The notes beneath the pieces were generated by a model, which had not been told where the DNA came from, made no database searches, and saw only the letters and a program-made list of their open reading frames with translations. Below, in pieces: positions 13,090-26,978 of a stretch of 64,000 nt of DNA. Positions within the stretch are counted from its first letter, which is position 1; every line of letters begins with the position of its first letter. The position numbers and the translations under genes are program-made. Source of the stretch: Octopus sinensis. Lineage: Eukaryota. Where the stretch lies: NCBI RefSeq assembly GCF_006345805.1, contig NC_043004.1:43338001-43402000 (forward strand), written 5' to 3'.

Positions 13090-13994
13090 TGTTTCTTTAT
13101 TAGCCACACAGGACTGCACACAGATAGAACAAATTACAAGGTAGAGCTTTTCTTTTGAAGGTATTAAAAAAAAAAAAAAAAAAAAAAAAGGAAGGGGGAG
13201 GTTCGATCAAAAGGGATCGTAAAAGGAGAGAAAGAGGACAAAAATAAGGGGGGTTAAAAAAAAAAAAGGGGGGGGGAGAGGAAAAAAATGATCAATAGGG
13301 ATCGTTATCACAGAAATGTCAATATGAAGTGTAAAGGGGAGGACAGGTGAGGTTTACCCGTGGAAAGAAAAGCCTGCGGAAAAGACCACGGTAACCTCGG
13401 TCAATGAAGTCACATTTTATATTTCTTTTTTTTTTTTTTTTTTTTTGCAAATAAGCAACTCTCTGTTTTCGATTTCTGGGTTCATAGGACTATGCTCAAG
13501 GTGGCTTCGTCATTCATACGTGCCATTCTTGCTACATTCACCCATCTTTTTTTAAAACATTCGCTAGACAAAACTTGCCTCTCTACTCTCACTTTCCTTT
13601 TCAAGTGGTACTTGAAGAAGTTGATGAGAGATTGACCAGAGAGGAAAGTGTTTGTCCCCAATCCTTTCAGACGCGTCCACCAGATACATTCTTTCGCCAT
13701 AGCCACAAGGATGATGAAAATAGCTCTTCCTTCCCGTTTGAAGGAAGGAGGCGTGACAATATTGACGATAGACTCAGCTGATAAACCGACTCGTCCCACA
13801 CGTGACAGCAGTTGTTCGACATAAGCCCACAGGTCGGAAATTGGTGGACACTGAACGAGTGCGTGCAGAACGGTTTCGTCGCTCTGACCGCATCTCGGGC
13901 AGGTCGGCCCCGTGTTTCTCGAGCCGTGTCTGTAGAGCTTATCCCGAACGGGTAGCGCTTCTCGGTAGCACTGCCAGGCCAGGGATATCTGGAA
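13090..13994 (-). mobile_element. 5'-truncated Tx1/L1-clade LINE (ORF2 C-terminus + 3' UTR) embedded in (GATA)n
   Basis: Open frame 13994-13482 followed by a purine/pyrimidine-tract 3' UTR. (GATA)n on both sides (about 13008-13089 and 13995-14152). Confidence 0.8.
13482..13994 (-). pseudogene. LINE ORF2 C-terminal zinc-knuckle (zf-RVT/CCHC) fragment, 170 aa open
   Basis: [60 protein letters not shown] runs in frame into the listed ORF 13482-13799 (..[28 protein letters not shown]). Confidence 0.8.
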
Positions 13995-14048
13995 GATAGA
14001 TAAATAGATAGATAGATAGATAGATAGATAGAAAGATAGATAGATAGG

Positions 14049-14153
<105 letters not shown>

Positions 14154-15104
14154 TGAGAAAGAGAGAGAGACACACAGACTGACAAACCGAGGAAGACAAA
14201 TATTTCGAATGAAGTCTGATGTCGGAGCTCTTTAAATGCATTCAGACACGTTTCGTAACGTGTCAGCAATGTTAACATGTATTCAGGATTTTTTCCACGA
14301 ATACCTAATTCGTTTAAATGAAAAACTCTCCACCAATTGTTGATTATATGCTTGCACAGCACAGGCATATCTGGCACCTGATTGTTGTGCCCAGATAGAT
14401 CATTTTGGAATGATCTAGATGATCGTGAAAGGCACTATGCCACTCAGTGTCCTTGTTAAACTTCCGCCCTATACAGTTCAATATTTTGGCGTTTATGCGA
14501 GATCGTTTTCGGACGTTTTCTGCCTTGAAAACACCGTCGTGGGTACCGTTATATAATTGTTCAACCTGCTGGAAAGCCCACTCTAATCTTTCTCAAATAT
14601 GAAAAACTTTCGATCAGCTCATCCTGAAATCCAAGATACGTTGAGCATAGATGGAAGGTTCCCGATTGCAGATCCGGTTTAATAAAGGTGGTCTGAGTCT
14701 AAACTTCTCGGAAAGTCTAACTGTATTCTGTAATTTTATATTATTTGACACTGTCTCTACTTGCATTCGTAAAATCAGCACGATGTCAGACATTAGGGAA
14801 ATAAACTGACACGATTGAAAAATAAGACCAAATTAAGAGTGAACGCTACACCAGTGGATTTTAAACTATTTCCATTTCTGTCACTATTTGTGTGGTTATT
14901 TGAGGTTTAGAATTTGATGTTTAGGTTGTACTTGTAACATATAGGCGGAAAAGAGTGTTACGAAGACGATGGTGTTATTGCTGTTTGTGTTGGTGACTAC
15001 AGTGGTTCCGCTGCGATTTGAGTGATGGGGTGATTGTGATGATAACGATTATAATAATGATGACGGCGACGATGACGACGATGATGATGACAACGACGGT
15101 GGGA

Positions 15105-15137
<33 letters not shown>

Positions 15138-15435
15138 TTGAAGCATTTCAGTACTAACATGGGGTGCAATCTAAGGATAATGGTAATAATCATAGGAATT
15201 TTTAATATCGCATTCATGAAAGACAACCACCTCAACACAAGTTCTGGTGCTGATATAAATAGTTGCATTGATTTATTGTACATTTAGTCGATGAATTATT
15301 ACATCTCATTAAACCGAATGTTCAACTGCTCTAATTACAGCGTCTGTCATGTCACATGATCTTTGGAACACATGCACTCCACATATTCATGCTTAAACTG
15401 TTTAGTGTTTTGCTCTATGGCATGGATAATCATAC

Positions 15436-15668
15436 TTTTCTCTTTTTTTACTCTCGTCTTTACTTGTTTCAGTCACTTGACTGTGCCCATGCTGGAACAC
15501 CGCCTTTAGTCGAGCAAATCGACCCCAGAACTAATTATTTGTAAGCTTAGTACTTATTCTATTGGCTCTCTTTTGCCGAACCGCTATGTTACGGGGACGA
15601 AAACACACCAGCATCGGTTGTCAAGCGATGTTGGGGGGACAAACACAGACACACAAACATACACACAC

Positions 15669-15765
<97 letters not shown>

Positions 15766-15946
15766 TATATATATTTACATATATACGACGGGCTTCTTCT
15801 ATTTTCGTCTAGCAAATCCACTCACAAGGCTTTGGTCGGCCCGACGCTATAGTAGAAGACATTTGCCCAAGGTGCCACGCGGTGGGACTGAGCCCGGAAC
15901 CATGTGGTTCGTAAGCAATCTACTTACCACACATCACTCCTGCGCC
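15436..15946 (-). mobile_element. SINE family A, full length
   Basis: Colinear with the 7145-7583 and 43894-44332 copies. Confidence 0.9.
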
Positions 15947-18034
15947 TATATTATTCATATACAATTTTTTTCTGAGATCGAAATTTAAACACCAATGTTG
16001 AATCTGTCTCATAAGTCTCTTCATTGATCGTGAGTTTTCAAGGTTCAATCAGTTTTAGATATGTAACATATTAATAGATATGGCTTATTAAGAAGAGAAG
16101 ACAATAGTTTTCTTTTGTTACAAAATATAGCTTTTTACTGTATTTGTACAAGTACATAACTAAAATGACACGTAATCGCAAGCTGCATATTTAATGCTGA
16201 TATTTTTATAAAAACACGCGTTGAATTCATCCGAGTAGTTTCAAATACCATCTGAATTAAACCTAAGGCCCTGTTGAAAGATGAAGGATCCAATCCTATC
16301 ATGGGGAAGCAGTCGGAACGCCTACTGTATCCGATCCTGCAGGCTACTACTTTTGTAGACCCTTCATCCCAGCTTTTAACATCCTGCACCCAGAATATTG
16401 AGTAGCAGTCGTGATATCATCATTTTCAGAACGGGTGTCAGTCATCATGATACAGATAATTCTTTTTCAATATTCAGCTAATAGTTTTCACAACTACAGC
16501 TTTGATACTTAAACCCTCCAACGTCTCTAACTGTTCACTAAGTCATCTAGTCCTTTAAAGGCAAACGTAATATCATCAAGCTTAGCATGAATAACCTATA
16601 TATGCATATATGCAAGTGGCTGTGAGTATCCAGAGTATATGTGCGATTGTGTGTGAGTGTGTGTGTGTGTGTTGTGTGTGTGTGTGTGTGTGTGTGCGTG
16701 TGAGAGTAGGTATGTATGTTGTAAATTCTCTAATACAATGGCTTGAGAAAGATAATTGTAAGTTCACATTAAATATTTCATCCTTTTTTTTATTCTCCCT
16801 TTCCTATGCCTCAAGCAAATATCATTTTTCATCTTATAAGTATTCTGGATAATCATTTTTCATAATATTGTAAATTTTATTTAATTTTATTTCAATTAAA
16901 AAAAAAATCTGCGCTCCATGAAAAATGATGAATATGTCAAAATGATTGAGAACATACATGTCGAAATGAAGTATGCATGTACTTTTTAAGTAATGAAATA
17001 TGCATGCAGATTTTTACCGAACTAAATCACATTATTTGTTTTGATAAATTGACAGTTTGTTTAAGCATCTATCATTATCATGTCCAGTTTGATTTCAAAT
17101 AAAAACAGAATAGCCTTTCCAGTGTTCCAAACTGTTCTGTCGCATAGATAAATCATATACAGGTAGTACCTTTGCTTGTAAATGAACATGTATTCAAACA
17201 TGTATATACATATACACGTATGTCTACACAAAGAGAGGAAATAGCTTAATGTATGTGAAAATGGACTTCAAGTGAAGTATATTACCACTGACGTAGCATC
17301 TGCAACAAAATGGCAAACACACAGTACAAACACACCCTTGACACATGTCGAACAAGTATTATAGGGAGTGTACACGAAATCTTCTAGAACTATAAAATGC
17401 TTGAAGGTCACAAAAATTAAAGGCTAGAGTACCTCAGCAACGAACTAGAATATTAAACCACTCTGTGTAACCATAAAAGTATTATTCAATTATTTTTCTA
17501 GTAAAATTATGTATGAGGACACTCACACGAAATCTATCCCATGTTAGACCTACACTCTTATATTTGTGTTTCTTTATTTTTGTAATACAATTGTAACTGA
17601 TAGCCATTACACAATTCCCGAATGAAACAGATAGTGAATCGCTTATAATAACAGAAACAGAAACAATATTGTATTTTGTGTAACGTTGGTTATGTAGACC
17701 GTAGTCATTTGTCCGATCTCTACACTAAAATGTACTGAATTAAGTAATCCAACCCCAGTGTTATGTCGGTTTTATAAATACATATATAAATACATATATA
17801 AGAAAAGTTGGGATTGAAAGATTCTTGCAAATAACAGTAAAGCACTCAGGATTAAAAAGGATTACGTTGTAAATGTTCAACAATGAGGTATTAGTAAATG
17901 TAAGTACAATACATATCAAAGGTAAATCCTGACAAGTAAATTCAAGAATCCTTTTGCAGAAAGACGAGAAATTCAGAGTATTTAACAACAAAAAATACGT
18001 GTAGAAAATTACATTTCTATTGAATATATATATT

Positions 18035-18200
18035 CTAGCAGTATAACCCGGTCTTGCCCGGGATTAAGTTGCGATTATTAAACTAATCAAGTTCTTTATT
18101 TCAAACCAAGCTAAATAATATAGACGTCAAATTTGGGCAAAATCCGTTGAAATTAGTTATATTATGTACACATATATTATATATAATATATATATACAAC
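18035..18200 (-). mobile_element. Helitron-type non-autonomous element, 3' end
   Basis: Minus strand ends with the hairpin CCCGG-GCAAGA-CCGGG (18047-18062), then 8 nt, then CTAG (18035-18038). The 5' end is not resolved. Confidence 0.55.
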
Positions 18201-18452
18201 ATAATATAAATATATATGGGCAGAAGACACGAACACACATACACACACGTACGTACGTACACCTATTGCATGGTTTGTGCACGCATACATGTTCATAAAC
18301 AGAAATGAATGTAAAAAATGTTGTTAAATTTGTAGATTAACACTAAAGTATATTATTCTATGATTATAAAATATAATGTATTTCAAAAACAAAAATCAAA
18401 GCATTTTACATGTTCTTTTTTATGAACGTCATAACTTACTCTCTCTCTCTCT

Positions 18453-18638
18453 CTCACTTTGTCTTTCCCGTGAAACTCTCTGCCTCCTTCTTCCATTTTT
18501 CCTTATCTTTTTTTTTGTTAGACGCTGGCAAGAACGTTGTCAATTAATCTCTGTCTCTCCCCTTCTCATTTTGTCTTTCCCGTGAAACTCTCTGCCTCCT
18601 TCTTCCACTTTTCTCTATCTTTTTTTTCTTTTAGACGC
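18453..18638. repeat. Direct duplication of about 72 bp (period about 112 bp)
   Basis: TTTGTCTTTCCCGTGAAACTCTCTGCCTCCTTCTTCCA..TTAGACGC occurs twice. Confidence 0.85.
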
Positions 18639-18884
18639 CATCAAAAAAGCCAAGGCTGATATTTTTCGTGGCTAAAAGCTATGTGTGAAAATAGATATTT
18701 ACGCTATCCACGGGTGCCTCGGGGAAATAAGTAAGTTGACAAAACCCCGATAGGATGTTGACAAATGCCCTAAAATTTGAACGACATGCGTGCTAAATTG
18801 TGGAGGTGCATAAATAACAATCACGTACACACACACGCACGCACATCCTCCCTTTTATAGATATGATATATATATATATACAAC

Positions 18885-18915
<31 letters not shown>

Positions 18916-18964
18916 GTGTGTATATATATATGTATATGTATATATGTATATGTATATATATATG

Positions 18965-19004
<40 letters not shown>

Positions 19005-20348
19005 ATGTGTGTGTGTGTGTATGTATGTATGAATGTACATATACATACATACACAAACACATATATAAATATCAGTAAAATTAATATCAATATCCTAGAA
19101 AAAATATGTTAAGTATATAGACGCTAGTAATAAGCATACTCATATCGTATTCAGCCTAAGACATTCTTTTATTCAGCTAATGGCGATGTCATTGGATAAC
19201 GGAAATGTTTTCTAAAAAGAAAAATTAGAATTCCACGTTATGATTTATAGCAACTTAAATATTTTACGTCACAACAATTAGTTACCTATTTATTCATTAT
19301 ATTAAGATGAGAATTACGCATATTATATACTATATGAAAAATTATTATACAAATAATTCAAATATGTGAATATCTTTCTAAATTCATGGCAACATCTTAT
19401 TGTAAAGTTTCCATTAAAATTCAATAAAATTAATTTAGAATTAATGACATGATAAATTTCTTCAAGGCTTAGATCACATGTAGCATTACCAATATTGTAC
19501 GATGATGCATAACTTTAAATCTTAGTTAATAGTTTTATCTTTTAAGTTCCAAATGCAAGTACTAAGATTTATAGAATTACTTTCTTCTTCCATGGTTCAA
19601 TGAATGAAAATGATTATGAAATCTACATTTCCAAATTATAGCAGATGAGCCAATATTTTAATACATACGGTCTTCAGTAATTACCTTACGCTGATAAACA
19701 ATGTTTTCTCTTAATCACTTATCTAAAGGAAACACAAATTTGTTTGGAAATTTAGCATTTATTCACTTGTAATTGGTATTTCTACTTAAAAGAATTTCCC
19801 CTACTTCTCTCTGCAATGAAAATTAGGTGTTAAGATGGGATTATAAATACAATCAAAAAAGTTATTGCTGGAAATTTAGAAGCAAACTTTAGGACAAGGG
19901 CAAACATACCATTCTTGATATACTTTTGTGAACAGGAATGAATAATCAGTTATCTTTACAGAAATATACATAAGCTGGCGTGCAAATTGTAACATTCTTT
20001 TTCAAATATTTAATCATCGAGAATATCTATGGAGAAATTTTAATATCGTGAGACTTCTCTACCTTATTTGAATTCATATATATGCGAATAAATATCTTCT
20101 ATCACGACAATATTATTACATCTGATACAGTTAGGATTTTTAAAGTAAGAAAATGAACAGCTGACACGCACTTAGACATAGTCGGTAAGCAGTACAAAAG
20201 AAAAAAAATTAAAGACACTATGTAGATTTGGGTATTTAACACTTTCTTGTTTTTGTCTTTAATGAAACCTGCACGCTTACTTGTATTTTGTCGCCGATTC
20301 AGCCAAGGGTATTCCAGTCATAGCACTGAAAAGAAACTATGTATATAA

Positions 20349-20456
<108 letters not shown>

Positions 20457-20489
20457 TATGTGTGTGTATGCATACATACATACATACAT

Positions 20490-20530
<41 letters not shown>

Positions 20531-20546
20531 TATATAATATATATAT

Positions 20547-21045
20547 ATATTGTTATATTCGGAATGGTCATATTGCCAGTTTAGCCGATAAAAACACACG
20601 CACTATATATTTGGTGTTATTTTGCTTCAGTGATATTTATTTTTTACATTAATCTTAATCTTATTTCGGCCAAAGTTCTTTCGTCACACTCCTGTGACCG
20701 CATCAGTGGTCCTTTGTTTTCTTCTCACTTACTTGTGTCTCTCCTTACTAACCGTCAGCCATTTTGCATACAAAATGGCTGACGGTTAGTAAGGAGAGAC
20801 ACAAGTAAGTGAGAAGAAAACAAAGGACCACTGATGCGGTCACAGGAGTGTGACGAAAGAACTTTGGCCGAAATAAGATTAAGATTAATGTAAAAAATAA
20901 ATATCACTGAAGCAAAATAACACCAAATATATAGTGCGTGTGTTTTTATCGGCTAAACTGGCAATATGACCATTCCGAAATATAACAATATCTGTTTCAA
21001 CACACGACTTCACATAAAAAATCTTGCACAACAAATATTTAAACG
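20547..21045. mobile_element. Fold-back element: 220-bp near-perfect palindrome (4-nt loop) plus short tail, between two (TA)n arrays; probable PLE terminal-repeat fragment
   Basis: 20547-20766 is the reverse complement of 20771-20991 apart from a 1-nt indel. The loop is CATA. Confidence 0.8.
20825..20869 (+). ncRNA. Hammerhead-like motif in the palindrome arm (mirror copy on the minus strand at 20668-20712)
   Basis: GGACCA-CTGATGC-G-GTCAC-AGGAGT-GTGAC-GAAAGAACTT-TGGCC. Stem II is a perfect 5 bp, but A9 is replaced by C and stem III is only 2 bp. Confidence 0.5.
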
Positions 21046-22958
21046 TATATATATATATATATATATATGAAACTCGGGTCCGTGTGTATCATGAGTTGAT
21101 GACGGGGAGGATGACTCCCCTTCACAGATACTGAGAGGACACAGATAGTGTGTCTATAGCCAGCTGGAGGAGATATCTTCCTGGGGCTACAAACTACAGT
21201 AGCATCCACCCTTAGGGGTTAGCCATATTCAAATGGCAAATATGCGTCACTATATATATATGCATTCATACATATATATGTCGATATATATGTGTGCGTG
21301 TATGTATGTAAGAGTATGCAGATACGTGTGTATATACACGCATTCATATATGTTTCTGGTAATTTTGTGCCCTAAATTGAAATCGAGTTTGCTCAACATA
21401 TAAGCCAATCTTAAGTAAGGTTCAAATTGGACGTAGCCTTCTTTCTAATGATCAGCTAACACCTTATTGAATAGAGTGTTCATTGATTAGTTTCCTGCAC
21501 TGAGGGAAACACCAATTTAATAGTGAAAATGAAACAACTTAACTTGAATAGTAATTAGTATCATATGTTTCATTTGTGCCTTATTAAATTGGTTCAGGTT
21601 TCCGAAAGTAGAATTACACAATTTAATTTCTAAATTGATGAGTGATTAAATGAATTAACGAGTATGTATTCCGAAAAGGCTGGGGTAATTTTGTTTTGCA
21701 AGAAATCTGAGACCTAAACATTTACTGTATTATATGTTGCCGAGTATTTTTACTTCCGTAGTGGATGACGAGATAAGTGGTCAACACAATCGTTTATTTA
21801 TCTTACAAACACACTTATGTGTAACTTATTCCTTAATATATGATATATCTTTTAGTCTCATTCTTCTCTTAAATTCACGTAACGATGACATTAGCAATGA
21901 ATAATTTTCATATCATTTTGAGTTGCAGACGCAATATCGCGTGGAAATGGACTGAAATTACAAGGCACCACATTCCATGTGTCCATCTACTCTATAGTGT
22001 CTGCAAGATACTAAGCATCCTAATTGAGGATATCTTATCTCTCTTTTAAAGTGATTTGGCTTTCTGTGGCTGCCGGCTCATATGTTACTATATGAAGAAC
22101 TAACATACCAACATCGAAGAATTTACTCAATGAACTCATAAATATAATAAAGAACGTCTGAGGTTGTGCAGCATGTGACCTGCATGTAACAGTAGGTTGA
22201 ATATTCTGGAGTGAAAATCATGAAAGATGAAAGTTAAAGAAAAAATGTCTCTTTTACCAAAATACCATGTAGAAACAAAATGTTTGGAAGAAAAGAAATT
22301 CTATGTAAATTTAAACATTTTCCCAAACTTTTGCTATATTTGCTTCGTCCGGATATTAGAATTGTTTTCGTAGCATAGACACTGTCTCGGTACACTTTCA
22401 ATAAAAATGATTAGTGTAACAAAGCTGCCATAATCACGCAGATTAGAGTGCCTGAAGACCACATCACACCGGTAAGAAAAAAAGCATACACCTACGAACT
22501 CCATGTGCACACAACATACTAAGGACAGGCATACACAATCTACAAATACTGTATACGCATTCGCTTAAAGTTGCAACGTCAAAAAGTAAACTGGCACAAA
22601 GCAAATAAATCTGAAAATGGGAAAACCATACAATGAAAACAAGAGAATAACACACACGTTTCATTTTATAATGAAAGCAGTTGCTGATATGACGAATAGC
22701 ATAATGGAGCTTTATCAGTTGTACAATGGAAAAATACCAAATTTATTGATAAGGTCGCAATAGTGTGAAGAATAACTACCTATAATATTCAATAATATGA
22801 CAATTAAGCGAATAAACCATCGTGTAATTAACAATAAACTGCATTGAAGTATAATAAACTGTCGTATTCTTTACTAGCTCGTTGTATGACGCATGACATA
22901 TTTAAACAATATATAATTTGTTCTCCTAAACTTGTTATATCTTATGCAGCCAGTTGTA

Positions 22959-22992
<34 letters not shown>

Positions 22993-24532
22993 CCACTGGC
23001 ACATTTTGGAAATCACTAATCTCATTCAGGTTATAATATAATGGAATAATCTGGAGCTTTTCGGTCGGTTAACTATTACTGATAAGCATCTCTTTATTTC
23101 CTTCTTTCTTACAGAATGAAAGAAATGATGTATAAACAAAATATGCCACGTTTGAAGATTCGAAGTCCTTGGTTCCAACAGATTTTCAGATAATTACTTT
23201 TGTCAGATTGATCGTGGTTAAAAGAACAAAACTCAGTCAGAATTAATATTTATCTATAATTTGAATATGGTTATAAGTATATATGAAAGAAATGCAGTAA
23301 AAGAATCGATATCATTCTCAAAAGAATACAGAATGGTAATAAATTTCAAAATCCAAAGAAAATAATGAAAAGTCTGTAATAGTAAGATTAACATAAAATA
23401 CATATATTTCAATAAAAATCGTACAATATGTTCAAAACGTTTTTGATAATATAAGCGAAGACTTGGTCTACTTTAAAATGATGGACAACGTGTAGTTATT
23501 AGGTTTCCTCACACTTTTGCATAACAGTGTACATGTAGTTTTAAGTATGACGCAATGGTTTGCAAATTGATATATTACTTGAGACATTAATTAAATACTG
23601 AAAAGTATTTACCAAAATTTCCAATGAAATATTCATTAATATTTTCAACTCTTTTCTCCTTGAAGGAAAATTATCATTTTTCGTTAAATCTATTTATTAT
23701 AAACCAAAGAGTATCTTTCCATCTACAAGAAAACACATTCCCCAAATTATTTATTTGCTTTTAAAAATACATCACAAAATGCTTGCAAAAAAAATTGGGT
23801 ATGATTTCACGTTGCATATTTCCGGTATTTCAATTTAAGATGTTATATGACCATTATAATATGATCGAACGTCTCGTGAATAACAGTTACTGTCTTCATA
23901 TCTACTGTTGTTATTATTTTCACAGGGTGGCCCTAATCGAGCAGACATCTCATCATAGTTGCCTTTTTCACGAGAATCAGACTTAAAAGGCATTATACGA
24001 TATTACCTTTTGAAGGAAATAAACTCTAATTTCAAACATGTTCTCCTAGTATTTTTATCATGTTGTACTAATATATACAGTCTCCTCTCAATCGATCTAA
24101 TTATTTTCAATATCCAACAACAATTACTGTACCAGGAGAGTCCTGTCTCGAGTTAATTCAATGTCAGGAATATGTCGAGAGATATATCATTACCAACTTT
24201 GTCACAATTCGAACTCGTTATAATTATTATATTTTAAGAATGGTAATTGCTGATTACCATATTAGTATGGTAATTACTGATTTTAAGGAACTTCTATTTG
24301 AACCGTTTGAACTTTATTTCTAAATATGATGAATTGTTAAATGATACTAGATGCAATACAGAACTGTATCATTATATGTTATAGACTAAGCGTCCTTATT
24401 GATTAGCACCAGTTCAGCTCCGTGTCGTAATAGATGTAAGATGAAAAGAATTCTATTCATGCCAATCACACACAAATCAGATATTGACGCAGGTCAAAGT
24501 AATTCCGAAGCCAAAGTTAATATTTTTATTAC

Positions 24533-24770
24533 AGACGTGGCGGTGTTATTTGAATCTTGCTTCCAATCCCTATGGTTCTGAGCTCAGTCCCGCTGCTCGG
24601 TACCTTGGGCAAGTGTTTTCTTACTATAGCTCTATAGTCTCAGGTCGACTAAAGCCATGTGAGTAGATTTGGTAGATGGAAGCTGAAAAAAGCTTGTCGT
24701 ATATATAACTCAGAGTTTTGTCATGGCTACCGAATAATTATCACACGTTACATTTACAGATATACACACG

Positions 24771-24821
<51 letters not shown>

Positions 24822-25017
24822 ATATGTATGTATATGTATATGTTTGTGTGTATGTGCTTGTCCGTCCACGATCACTTGACAACCGATGTTGGTGTGTTTA
24901 CGTCCCTGTAAGTTAGCGGTTCAGTAAGACACCAATAGAATAAGTACTAGTCTTACAAAGACGCTGCTCCAGCATGACATCACCCAAATAACTGAAACAA
25001 GTAAAAGAATAAAGAAT
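24533..25017 (+). mobile_element. SINE family A, diverged with internal deletion
   Basis: GCTCAGTCCCGCTG..ACCTTGGGCAAGTG..GATTTGGTAGA..GACAACCGATG..ACTGAAACAAGTAAAAGAATAAAGAAT. Confidence 0.8.
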
Positions 25018-25424
25018 ACTAAAGAAAAGTATACGTGTCTGTGCGTGTGTGTAACGTCTATAACCTTGCAAACCATAGAACTTATAGCGCACTAGATTGC
25101 TTTTCTAATAGTGGCTGATTGTTGATGATGCCCTTCAAGGGCCAAATATACATTTGTACTTGGACGCTGGAGTGGACGGATGATAGAAGGCTGTCTCATA
25201 GTGGTAACGCATGATAGTTGGTGTGATACGGGAACTAAGGTATTTCTTTTTAATCTTGGCTGCAATAACCCGTATTTCAGAAGTGTGTTGCTATAATTAT
25301 CTTGTTAATTATCAGTCTTCTTAATGTTGGTATTTAATTTAAAACCCGTATTCTATGTCATTGTATTGTCTCGCTTATAATTTTGTGGATGACAAAGACA
25401 ATATTTATTCTGTTGCTACAGTAC

Positions 25425-25935
25425 TTATTATCATCATTATACGTTTGACTTTTGCTTTGTATTTGTACAAGTTGACGCAAAGTCTCACCCAGTGACCTCA
25501 AGAGACAAACATTTAGAAGTTCTAGTTGGTTTTATGACTAAGGTACCATACATTTTGTTTTGTACAAAGTATTGTTCTAGAGAATGTGTAAGAAAAGAAA
25601 TAAATTTTTAATTTGTTTTACAAATTAGGACTACATAGACGCTAATTTACATAGGCTATGGGCAATTCCCATGAGCACTATTCTTAGAATGTCTTCCATT
25701 TTTGTATTTCCTAGTATTTGTGCTAAGTATCAAAGAGTATATTTTGGTATCATTTCTTGGGCATCAATGATAACAGCCATTGTTTTTCTTTTGTGGTTCC
25801 ACATTTTGCAAATTTCTATTTCAGGGTATTTATACTTACTCAGTCTTTGGTAGGTCCTGACAGATACATTTATGGCGATAGGGTCAGTCATGTCTGAAGT
25901 CCTTCCATATAATGTCTTGCCTATTCGCATTTAAC
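25425..25935 (-). mobile_element. R4/Dong-like (RLE) LINE 3' fragment
   Basis: RLSKYKYPEIEICKMWNHKRKTMAVII and RIVLMGIAHSL resemble the RLE C-terminus. The 3' UTR ends in a degenerate (TAA)n tail. Confidence 0.7.
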
Positions 25936-26051
25936 CCTCTGACAGCTTGAACGGTGAAGTTGCAGACGACTGAGATGTAGATATTTTCAAACACTGGAGG
26001 TGGGTTGTGTTCCCACCAGTTATTATTATGGGGCATGTCCATGTCTTACTG

Positions 26052-26290
<239 letters not shown>

Positions 26291-26769
26291 TTGTTGCTGT
26301 TGTTGTCGTTGCTGTTTTTGTTGTTTCTGCCCTTATAGTCTTCTTAAGGCGGCTATCTAGCATAATCGATTGCATGCAGGGCAAAAAAAGCGTTTAATTT
26401 CTAAATTGGTCTACCCAATAATATTACACAGCTAAATACAATAGGTATTTAAGCAATGCGTTCGTGCATTGCTGAAGGGTTGGATGTGTTGACGGTGGAA
26501 GTGTAATAACCCTTGGCATATGCATGTACACCAATTTCTTGTTTGTTTGTTTTTTCTATATTCGATCGCATTGTTTGCATAAACAGGTTTGTTTTCGAAA
26601 GGACTCAACTTATATTGTCGGCTCTGAATTCACTTAGTGATATAGTCTATGACTTAATTTTTCTTTTATTATCAATATATATTAACATCTTTCATATATA
26701 CTAAAACCATCACATCAATTGCTCACAGTTTAATACTGATAAACCGGCAACTTGTGAATACTCTGCCAA

Positions 26770-26978
26770 GCGAGCTGGCAGAATACGAGGGTCGGAATGC
26801 TTAACGGTATTTCGTCTGTCTTTACGTCCTGAGTTCAAATTACCGCCGAGGTCAACTTTCCTTCTCATCCTTTTGGGATCGATAAATTAAGTATCAGAGT
26901 AGCGTAATGGCGTCCATCTAACCGACTAGCCCTCTACCCAAAATTGTGAGCATTGTGCCTAGAGTAAAAAAGAATATT
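26770..26978 (+). mobile_element. SINE family B
   Basis: GCGAGCTGGCAGAAT..GAGTTCAAATTACCGCCGAGGTCAACTTT..TCATCCTTTTGGGATCGATAAATTAAGTA. Confidence 0.8.

Noticed and set aside
16255-16450. GC-richer stretch as a host exon; also splice-acceptor-like sites at about 23113, 43492 and 54745
   Set aside because: No recognisable protein and no paired donor/acceptor with an open frame that I can support.
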